Source: Phoronis australis (lineage: Eukaryota > Animalia > Phoronida). Taken from it: a DNA stretch of 64,000 bases. The translations under genes were made by a program, and so were the position numbers. Numbering within the stretch: position 1 is the first letter of the stretch; each line of letters starts with the position of its first letter. Where the stretch lies: positions 879,038 to 943,037 of the forward strand of contig NMRA01000054.1 in the NCBI GenBank assembly GCA_002633005.1. Reading direction: 5' to 3'. The notes beneath the pieces are model-generated. The model worked only from the letters and a program-made list of their open reading frames with translations. It made no database searches and was not told the DNA's origin. Below, one piece after another: positions 26,316 through 36,745 of this stretch.

Positions 26316-26582
26316 CGTTTCCCCGGAATCATTCCAGCTCGATGCACTTGAGTTAGCAAACGCGGTATAATGTTCACTCAAAGTCTTGTCGCCATCATCA
26401 AAGTCATCTGGGCTAGTAGAATTGCTATTCAAGAACGGCTGGTTTTTCTTCAACCAAGATGAAACCTTGACGCGCTTTTCTGCTTGGACGCTGACATTAG
26501 TGTCCTCTATTGACGGAGTACTAGACGACTTTCCGCGTTCACTCCAGCGAATTCCTCCCACCATGCTTGAGACACATCCCAT
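26316..26582 (-). CDS. Putative first coding exon MGCVSSMVGG...DSGET (N-myristoylation/palmitoylation-type N-terminus)
   Basis: ATG at 26582, 89 codons, ending at phase-0 donor ACG|GTATGT; TGACGTCA and GCCATTTT motifs just upstream; phase-compatible with 17752-18795. Confidence 0.45.
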
Positions 26583-27080
26583 GACACTCAGTGCAGGAAG
26601 CGGAATTTCGGTTGACCGGGTGCTCGCATTACTGCGGCTTCACCTGATGTTGCAGTGACGTCATGAATCTTGTGTCGTCAAAATGGCCGACATGTTGCGC
26701 TGCGTTGGACAGCAGCTGATATTGCTGTGATGATATAGCAATTTAAATTTTTCAATAAATAAAAACATGCACTTCTAATCGAATATATCACTCTATTTTC
26801 AAAAAAGAGAACACGCACTTGACTTTTCGGAATTTAATCTGCGCACTTTTTACATTAGCAAGGATTTTTGTTTTGTGCCTTCTCAGTGGAGGTTGTTAGT
26901 GACGAAACAAATGGCAAATCTAAATCCAATTCGGAAATTTTATGTGGCGCTGCTGTCTTTTTTAAATGTATTATGAGACACCTGTTGGCTCAAATTCAGT
27001 GGTGACATCAGAGAAACTTGGAATATTGGGGATTTTCGACTTTTAGCCAGCTCAACAGGGCGAAATACAACTTAAACTGG

Positions 27081-28052
27081 CACGATGATGTTAACTCTCC
27101 CCTACACGATGATGGTAACTCTCCCCTACACGATGATGGTAACTCTCCCCTACACGATGATGGTAACTCTCCCCTACACGATGATGGTAACTCTCCCCTA
27201 CACGATGATGGTAACTCTCCCCTCCACGATGATGGTAACTCTNNNNNNNNNNNNNNNNNNNNNNNNNNNNNNNNNNNNNNNNNNNNNNNNNNNNNNNNNN
27301 NNNNNNNNNNNNNNNNNNNNNNNNNNNNNNNNNNNNNNNNNNNNNNNNNNNNNNNNNNNNNNNNNNNNNNNNNNNNNNNNNNNNNNNNNNNNNNNNNNNN
27401 NNNNNNNNNNNNNNNNNNNNNNNNNNNNNNNNNNNNNNNNNNNNNNNNNNNNNNNNNNNNNNNNNNNNNNNNNNNNNNNNNNNNNNNNNNNNNNNNNNNN
27501 NNNNNNNNNNNNNNNNNNNNNNNNNNNNNNNNNNNNNNNNNNNNNNNNNNNNNNNNNNNNNNNNNNNNNNNNNNNNNNNNNNNNNNNNNNNNNNNNNNNN
27601 NNNNNNNNNNNNNNNNNNNNNNNNNNNNNNNNNNNNNNNNNNNNNNNNNNNNNNNNNNNNNNNNNNNNNNNNNNNNNNNNNNNNNNNNNNNNNNNNNNNN
27701 NNNNNNNNNNNNNNNNNNNNNNNNNNNNNNNNNNNNNNNNNNNNNNNNNNNNNNNNNNNNNNNNNNNNNNNNNNNNNNNNNNNNNNNNNNNNNNNNNNNN
27801 NNNCCCTACACGATGATGGTAACTCTCCCCTACACGATGATGGTAACTCTCCCCTACACGATGATGGTAACTCTCCCCTACATGATGATGGTAATTCTCC
27901 CCTACACGATGATGGTAACTCTCCCCTCCACGATGATGGTAACTCTTCCCTACACGATGGTGGTAACACTCCCCTCCACGATGACGGTAACTCCCCCCTA
28001 CACGATGATGGTAACTCTCCCCTACACGATGATGGTAACTCTACCCTACACG
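27081..28052 (+). repeat. 24-bp minisatellite spanning the assembly gap (N 27243-27803)
   Basis: Unit cacgatgatggtaactctccccta on both sides of the N run. Confidence 0.97.
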
Positions 28053-28828
28053 ATTTTCAAGTTTCCAGTACTGTCAGCAAATGTCACGAGCCGACGACCG
28101 TCCCACAACGATTTGAAAAAGACTATCAGTGTCGTCAGTAAATTTTGCCTTGGGAGATGACTGTGAAATCCCGCGAATTTGTAACGTACGTTACCATATA
28201 AGATGGGGAATAGGATGACCAAAATCCATCATGGCCATTTCGTCGTAATTTTTGCTGAGTTGGCACATATTATTCCAACTACGTGTCATGTCTATGAAAT
28301 TTAAAGGTTACGTTCGAATTTATCTGAATACAAATATTGTAAATGCATGCATTTTACGAGACATTGTGCTTTTTGTCAATTTACTCGGGTGTAAAAATAC
28401 CAAGTTTTTTTCTTTACACATTTTCTGTTAAAGTGACAATAGACTTGCGCTTCTGTCAAAAAGCCAACTTTTGATTTAGGTCGAGTTGTTCCATCCTCAG
28501 ATTAGAACTGATATTTAGGGGTTTGAGAAAATCTGACAGTTCGTCGTACTGTTGCTTCCGACAATGTTCATGCAGATTGTTTGTCACCGCTGGTCAATTT
28601 CAGCTGCCGAAGTGGTGTGTCACAGGAATTTCAGGCATTTTATTGAAACCAATTTCAAATTCGGGTAAGGACAGTCACGACGACATTGTTTTGAAAGAGC
28701 ACATATAGTTAAGCGGGGTATGTAGACAAATGTTCCGACCCGGCCTTTCGAGCTGAAATGTAGTAAACCAGTTGGTGATACAGTGTCGCATTAAAGAGTC
28801 ATATGCGAAAAGTCTTCGAGGGCATAAC

Positions 28829-29563
28829 AGCCTGTCTACACACACTCCAATTTTTTATATTCGACTTAAACTACTTATGGACTACGACTTCAGCGTACAC
28901 GACTGTCGTGCTCCAACACTAGGAGTACATACGTCGTATACGAAGTCGTACATAGTAATTGGAGTTGGCATACAGTGAAAATCAGTTGTCCAAATGCCAT
29001 ATCCGAGATCGTATGCGGAAAACTGGAATGTACCGTCAGTGCTTAAATCCTAACTACGTACACCGATAATGACTTCGCCAATACGGCTTTTAGACAACTG
29101 TCTTCACATCCCACTTCGTGTACGACTTTTTAGTTTGATTTGTCGTACATGTCGATTGCAAAGTCGTATAAGACTAATCGGAAAGTGTAGACGGTGTTGT
29201 AAATGTGGAAAATTTGAAAATAGTCTAATGTTCACTTCTTGCAGTGAATTCGTTAAGCCCTGGCTGCATACTCTGGTTAGTCGACTATACGACTTCGTGT
29301 ACGACTTTTTAGTTCGATTAGTCTTATGTGGCAACTAGTCGGCTACAGTCGTAGGCCTGTACGCCTAAAGCCATGTCCAGTGTCTACATACTGATTTTTT
29401 TCGACTTCGTATTATACGACTGGCGTTTTCAACTTGACGAAGAGTGTGGACTGGTGTTCCGACACGACTTTTCGAGCAAAAACCTCGTTTATGATGCAGG
29501 ATGTGCATAGACAGTGGTCCAAAAGTCATATACGAGACATCGGAGTGTGCTGGAGACAGGGCT
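28829..29563. mobile_element. MITE-like element with internal tacgactt/aagtcgta subrepeats
   Basis: Imperfect inverted ends agcctgtctacacacactcc / ggagtgtgctggagacagggct; many tacgac motifs in both orientations. Confidence 0.5.
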
Positions 29564-32500
29564 TTACTAGTATTTCGTGTGCTGAAATGTGATCACCAAA
29601 ATGACTTGTTTTTCACGTACATTCCTCTGATGGGAGTAGGCACAGGCCGGTCTTAAGCTGTTGTGCAAATAAAAAATTCAAAAGCTGTATTTGCAACTTG
29701 CATAGTTTCATCAATGCCGAAAAGTGTCTCGAGTTGAATGTCGTTAAAAGCCGCACTGTTACCATTGTTCCTCTCTTGTTTGTCACCTGGGAGTAATATG
29801 TCACCTACACATTTCTCTTGATAAAATTTTAAACTACATGAAGTAATTGTACGAGTTTATCGATATCATTTTGTTGTCAAAAATGTTGACGTTTCAAGAC
29901 AATACCATAAATCTCAGATTGCTTTATGGTCATTATGAACTCTGATTAAAGATGGAATTACGAAATTTCCAAAACGCATGGAAAATTTGTCAAGTGATCT
30001 CTTTGTAACGAGTCACAAAAACCCAACAATGCGTCAGTGGGTAGTGATTGAAAGCCAGCTCTGCTTCCTTAGCCATATCAAATCCGTTCAAAATATATTT
30101 TTCTGAACGTTGCCGATCGGGTCTGTTCTTCATTTTATCCGATCAGTGGCGGAATATCCTGAGTTGTTTCATCCACACAACTAAAATACTTTCACTCGTA
30201 CCGTATGATTTTTCCGACACGTCTGCAGTAACACACTCAGCCGAGTTGATCGTGGTAACTCTCATTTATTTTCGTGTAAGCGGCCATACCGCTGCGTAAT
30301 AAAATTGATTTTAAAAATCAAAACGTCTGGCCCATCGGTTATCGAAAGCCTCTACCGAAATAATGCATTGTTGTAGCGGTATTGTGCACCAACTGTTGTT
30401 CACTTAGCATCTATATCAATAAAAAATGAAACATTAAAGCGCCAATGCCCATGTTCAACCACAAAAACCCAGTTTTAATTTAGATCACTTAACGTTATGA
30501 AATTGGGCCTCAGATTGATCCTTAGCTAAATTGGAGGTGATTTCAGAGTTTTGGAACAACTGGCAATTCGTTATAATTACTTGAGACCAGGTTCTATAGA
30601 ATTTGGCTTGACAACGTCGGCGGATCATTTCATGCGCCAAATATTGTTAAGAGGCAGTAACGAACTAGCCCGGAGTGGCAGCTCTTTGCAAACCCAGATC
30701 TGAGTAAGAAATACGTTAAGACCAATTATATAGCTTTGAGTAGTTTAAACCAAAAGTTCTTTTTTGGACTGAACGCGGGTTCGCGCAACTTTAAAGTCTC
30801 AACAAATGTCTGTTCAGTTACCCTCATTATTCAAAAACACGCGGTTCCGGTTGGTTTTACCGATACTGAAATAATGAAACATTGTTTTTCTAAATATAAT
30901 ATTATCTCCTGGCTATATCTCAATGACAGTTTTGATACAGATTTATGGCGTCTTAATCGATGTCGAATCTTTTGGTGTTCCCCGCCGTTGATAAATGTGT
31001 CAGTGTTGACGTGTTCGCGCTCAACATGATCGTCTCCGTGGCGCAATGGACATCGTATCGTACTTCTAGAGGTGATGGTGACATTCGGAGGTTGTGAGTT
31101 CGTTTCTGTTTTGCTAAAATTTAAACGAGGAAAACTGGAAGTCGGACTAAAGGGCCTATTTAGGCGTGAAAGCGTTCCCATATCCGAGTTCAACCACCTT
31201 GTTATGTAACCTAAAAGTTAATCGTGCCAACATTCTCATTTCCTCTAGAAGAATTCTCCCCACAGGTTTTTCATGATACGGTGTGGATTTTTCTGCTTGC
31301 TAACTATATGGAAGACTTGAATGCTAATGCACCTAAACGCGACATTACCTTTGCACCTAATGGCGACGTTGCGCCTATATCTGAAATAAGACACATGGGT
31401 TTGCTTACAAAACATTTAGAAATAACACTCCCAAATACCACAAGAGAAAGGTAACTAATCTTAAAAGCCTAATATGGTGCCAAAATGACTATTTTTATAT
31501 CTAAAATACATGTATTGATGAAAAACTTAAACATACGGCGTCATAGCATACCCCAGTCGTTCATTAAGTAGGCTTTTTACAATACAGTAGCCCCATCACA
31601 AATCCAACGCATTGTGTCTCCCATATTGGTATCGGCGACAATAGTCCCTTTAATTTGGTGCAAAATACGTGAAAAAGTTACAACACATATTAGCTTGATC
31701 TTTTCGTACAAGCAATTATATTCAAATTCATCGAAAATTTTATATTAGAAATTTAATTTTCGAGATATTTCGCCTTGAAATTCTGCAACCCGTAGTCGCC
31801 GCTATTTTGAATATAGACTCGGTCAACCCCACTTGCAAAAAGATTAAAAATTTAATAGCATCACAACGTTTTGAGTATCTGTAATATATTAAAACTCGTC
31901 TCAAAGAACGGAGAAAACTGGAAATTTTGAGGGTAAACCTTCACATACTCGAGATTCATACACATGGCAATTTACTTGCCAGTAAACTACAAAACATTTG
32001 TACCTATTGAGATGTGCATACTGTATATGACGCAAAATCTGTGCGTTCGCATAAGTACTCTTCCCATGGTTTGTTCCATAAATGACCATGCATGTTGCTT
32101 GTTGGTATAGTTTTATGTTGCTGCAACATCAATAAACTAAACGTTGGGACTAGTAAATAAAACTGTTTATGTTTGGCACTTGTCGTCGTAAATTATTATA
32201 GGAAGTGCGTCAGCGAAGCTCCGTTTCCAGAGATAAAAAGAAGAGCTGTGTTTTGACGTAACCATGGAAATAATAAAATCTCTGACATGGTCTCTGACAT
32301 GGGGCATAGAAAAAATATAAATATGATGTCACTGAATATTAAATGGGTGCATTCTTTTAGCTTCTTATTGTCTCTGACCTTTTAGGCATAAATTCGTATG
32401 AATGTGCCTTCATGGTGTACGAACTTGGTCACAAGGAGGATCGGAAGGGGGACGACGAGCCATGTACACATACTGCCAGCGCCATCTGTGAGATTAGTGA

Positions 32501-33394
32501 GTTTTCTCGACTACAACCTGACGGCATTCGATAAGAATTCAATAATCGAATTGTAAACTATTGAATTTTTTAAAGATGTCTCTACCACAAGAAGATCGTG
32601 TGTTGTAATGATTTGAAATACATGAGATGCTAATCTTTATAGGTATCACAATTTAGGTAACACATTCTAGCATGCCGAACAATTGATGTCATTTTTGTGA
32701 AGTCTTAAAGAACAAGTGGTTGGTTGCATGTTCACTCTAATGTACCACTTAGTCGAAAAATGGAAATTGACAAGGGACGTAGCGAAAGACAATGTGTTTT
32801 CACAAAAACTGCCTCGTAACTCCGAACACTACATGGCTGCTTGCCTTTCATATTTCATTTGTAAAGGAAATTTTCTGACAATTCACATTTGTGGTACACT
32901 AGACGTGCTTAGGCCGTGTCGTGCCCATTACACTTACGACCCTATTACGACACATATGGACCCCCTCGCGACTCATATGGACCCCCTCGCAGAAGGGTTC
33001 TTCACGGGTGAAGTCGTCTAATCTTCCAGTTTTTTCAAAGGACATTAGAAAAACTACACTTTGATGTACGATCTGTCGAAATCCCCAGACGCCGGGGTTA
33101 TGAGTCCGTAGGGCACAACAACGCTGCGAAGCGTTTGATTCTCAGGCACACATACTAGGCAACCTAGGCTCTCAGGGTCATGTTTGAGTTAAAGTCATTG
33201 GAGCCAAACATGATGGCCAAGAAGAAGAAATCTTCTGGAAGCCCCTGAGCATGACATGGTCATCCCGAAGATGTTTTAGAGTGCAGGAACCAAGCTTTGA
33301 CAAATCCTGTATACTATCTGTAAGGCCACTCGGGCCTAGACTAGATAAAATCGCAAAACCTTGATCAAGGCATGGGTAGTTATTATATTCAAAC

Positions 33395-34094
33395 AGGCCG
33401 AAGGCAGCGCAGGCACGGCACGAAGTAGCACTTAGGCGGACCCAGCCAAGCTGCCGAGGGCAGCGAAGGCACGGCACGACGTAGCACTTAGGCGGGCCCA
33501 GCCAAGCTGCCAAAGGCAGCGCAGGCACGGCACAACGTAGCACTTTGGAGGGCCCAGCCAAGCTGCCGAAGGCAGCGCAGGCACGGCACGACGTAGCAGT
33601 TAGGGGGCCCAGCCAAGCTGCTGATGGCAGCGCAGGCACGGCGCACGACGTAGCACTTAGGCGGGCCCAGCCAAGCTGCCGAAGTGAGCGCAGGCACGGC
33701 ACGACGTAGTCCTTAGACGGGCCCAGCCAAGCTGCCGAAGGCAGCGAAGCCACGGCACGACGTAGCACTTAGGCGGGCACAGCCATGCAACCGAAGGCAG
33801 TGCCGGCACAGCACGACATAGCACGTAGGCGGGCCCAGCCAAGCTGCGGAAGGCAGGGCAGGCTAGGCACGACGTAGCACGTAGGCGTGCCCCAGCCAAG
33901 CTGTCGAAGGCAGCGCAAGCACGGCACGACGTAGCAGTTAGGCGGGCCCAGCCAAGCTGCCGAAGGCAACGCTGGCACGGCATGACGAAGCACTTAGGCA
34001 GGACCAGCCAAGCTGGAGAAGGCAGCCCAGGCACGGCACGACGTAGCACTTAGGCGGGACCAGCCAATCTGCCGAAGGCAGCGCAGGCACGGCA
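33395..34094 (+). repeat. GC-rich 56-bp minisatellite, ~12 copies
   Basis: Unit ggcacggcacgacgtagcacttaggcgggcccagccaagctgccgaaggcagcgca. Confidence 0.95.
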
Positions 34095-34609
34095 TGGAGT
34101 TGTCGTTGCCGTTGTCGTTGTCTTTTAAAGCTGGTCTTTATTTAGTGTAGTGCTGTTCACTACAGGATTTATGATTTGATTCGCATTTGTCAGAGTCTTT
34201 TCTTTATGAACCGTTTTAGTGAATGGAATCTTACGAAGTTGTAAGTTTTTAAAGGTTAAACGTCGTATTTAAAGGCGAAGAAGGCAATCTTTTTCCATGT
34301 CATTTTGAGCTAAAATAAGGTTGGTTGGTTATCCTAGACAAATTTTCCACTTAATTACAGCTTTTCGTAATTTTATAAATTACTCGTCCGCTACTCCGGA
34401 AGTGACGTTTTAGGAGGCAAGCGTTTCCCGTCACTTGGTTTTGCGTTGACTTTACCGTGCGAATCTGTTCTATTCTACTTTTGTTTTGTGCTGTTTTTCA
34501 ACAATTGTCGCCACCACTTTCCATCGGCGAGTATTCTGCGGCAAGATAGGTTAGTAGAGAACTCAACTACGTTGGATTTAGGGATTGTTTAGTGTGTTGT
34601 AAGCTGAAA

Positions 34610-34907
34610 ATGGCTGGAGTCGGTGACCCGTATCACAGTGACAGGAGTGTGAGTGACGGAGACCTTGTTCACAGCAGTGGTGACGAGGAATTTTTTCACG
34701 GACATTCAGTGGGTGGGTACATGTTTGAGCCCGAGTATAACGAGGCAGAGTACGCACAGGCACAGGCAGCTGTTGAGAGAAACGAGGCGGCTACTGAGGA
34801 CAGACGCGGTGACACATCTTGGTGCAAATGCACTGTGTGCGTTGTTATGCCTACCTCAATGGAATGCTTGTGCTGTTCAGAGTTCGACGAGGCCAAGCCA
34901 CTACTGG
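34610..34907 (+). pseudogene. Truncated KolX / P2X7 cytoplasmic-tail-like Cys-rich protein (Kolobok accessory ORF)
   Basis: MAGVGD...GYMFEPEY...SWCKCTVCVVMPTSMECLCCSE matches the YxFEP / WCxCxxCxxMxTxxECxCC pattern; then runs into antisense transposase sequence. Confidence 0.8.
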
Positions 34908-35704
34908 ACATGGTTAAGTGGACCTCCGGCATACCACGGACAGAGGAACAACTGTCCCACTTGCCAGAGTGTCCCGCGACACACTCCCACTGGATGGTGA
35001 CCTGAGCACCCAAACTGCTTACATCGTGTCGTGTGACTCCCTCGCCACACACCTGGCACCTTCTAAATAGCTCCAACACTTTAGACAAGTCCACAATAAA
35101 CTTATCAAAGTTTGGCTCACCGATCTGTTCACTGGACGACGAACTGTCCTCTTCACTGGGTGTCGAACTGAGCCTGTAATCACTCCCACTACTCAATATC
35201 GCTGCAAGGCTGCTTAGAGGCTCTGGGCTGGAGAAAACAGCACAGGGCGAATCACTACTGGTTCCAGGAATTGCACGCTCTGGGGGTACGTTCGGAGGCA
35301 CGGGTGACAGTAGATGAAGTGTCTCCAGTGGCTCCAGTCACTGTACTGGCCACAGCTCGCGAGGCTTCTCGTTTCAAAAACGCACTTCTCGGGGGAGGCG
35401 ACGGGGCACTGCCGGGAATCAACACAGACGGAATGGCATCCTTCTCCAGACGTTGTTTCGCAGGGACCTTCATCAGTTCAGCGTACAAATCCCTTTCGTA
35501 ATCGGACGGCAGAAAGTGCTTGCCACACACACGGTAATTCTCCACTGCTTTGTACGTTGCGTGGTCGGGTAACGCTGCGTTCTTCACACGAACGAGCCAA
35601 CTACGGCGAAGTGTGTCATCCATCGGAAAGCGATGCAGAGGTACTCCCAAAGCGCGCGTGAGCCGATAAGTAGTATATCCTGGTACGCAGCAACAGTGTG
35701 GCAT
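34905..35704 (-). pseudogene. Truncated Kolobok transposase N-terminus: THAP domain + Ser/acidic linker + C2-CH zinc finger
   Basis: THAP: MPHCCCVPG..LHRFP..W..VCGKHF..RLEKDAIPSV. After a frameshift: KFIVDLSKVLELFRRCQVC..GAQVTIQWECVAGHSGKWDS..GMP. No DDE catalytic region remains. Confidence 0.85.
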
Positions 35705-36439
35705 GTTGACTGACTAGTAAATGAAAGCAAACGACAACGGAACTTAAAACAACCGAGGTAGAACAATGACTGACTCGGTAGCTCTCACAGTAAGACTATA
35801 TGAAAAGAAATTGGCGCGAAATGCTTGCCTCCTAAAACATCACTTCCGGAGTAGCGGACGAGTAATTAATAAAATTACGAAAAGCTGTAATTAAGTGGAA
35901 AACATGTCTAGGATAACCAACCAACCTTATTTTAGCTCAAAATGACATGGAAAAAGGTTGCCTTCGCCTTTAACGTAATTTCAGTTCCCTTCAAGCGGTA
36001 TTTAATTTTACTCAGTTTATGTTAACCTACGTATTTGATTTTAGTATTTTAAACTTTGCCAAGAATGTAATAAAGGTTTGTCCACACACATACATATGAA
36101 CCATTCATAGATTTTTTAGTTCTTTTAACACGCACTTTTGTCAGTTTTCTAAATGTGGTCATTTTTGGGTTGTGTAAACTAACCTATTAGTGCGGCATCA
36201 AAATTGATATTAATCACATCTTGGATCCTGTTCGTGATCCCACTCACACCGGCAATAGTAATCGGTATGCGCCAAATTGCACGCTCGTGCAGTCACGTGG
36301 ACTATTTTATTTAAATACAATTTGTCATTTACGAATTATACTGAGTGTGAAGATAAGTGTTTATTTAGACCACTTCACCGTAACAAGTTCGATAGTGTTC
36401 CGTGCGCCGATTTGAATTGATTTCAGGGACCCGTTTTAT

Positions 36440-36745
36440 GAAAGGTCGTAAATCGTATCTAAAAGATGAAAGGTCGCAAGTCGTAACTAAGAGATGAAAG
36501 GTCGTAAGTCGTAACTAAGAGATGAAAGGTCGTAAGTCGTAGCTAAGAGGTGAAAGATAGTAAGTCGTAGCTAACAGGTGAAAGGTCGTAAATCGTAGTA
36601 AAGAGATAAAAGGTCGTAAGTCGTAGCTAAGAGATGAAAGGTAGTAAGTCGTAGCTAAGAGATGAAAGCTTGTAAGTCATAGCTAAGCGATGTAAGGTCG
36701 TAAGTCGTAACTAAGAGATGAAAGGTCGTAAGTCGTAACTAAAAG
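36440..36745 (+). repeat. 28-bp minisatellite, ~11 copies, just inside a Harbinger-like end
   Basis: Unit gaaaggtcgtaagtcgtaactaagagat, preceded by agggacccgttttat. Confidence 0.92.

Larger units (their letters stand above)
34273..35969. mobile_element. Kolobok-type internally deleted element B, ~150-bp TIRs, TTAA TSD, two convergent gene stubs
   Basis: TTAA at 34269-34272 and 35970-35973; AGG..CCT termini; KolX/P2X7-tail-like ORF on +, THAP/Zn-finger transposase on -. Confidence 0.92.

Noticed and set aside
27018-28160. Long ORFs (PLHDDGNS / PYTMMVTL repeats) and possible CRISPR-like array
   Set aside because: Produced by a 24-bp minisatellite plus an N-gap; no unique spacers, no cas genes, eukaryotic context
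33178-34049. Cys/Ala-rich repetitive ORFs
   Set aside because: Arise from the GC-rich 56-bp array; the unit length is not a multiple of 3, so frames rotate
34592-35005. Host P2X7 purinoceptor gene
   Set aside because: No channel or transmembrane exons; the Cys-rich ORF is inside TIRs with a TTAA TSD, so it is transposon-borne
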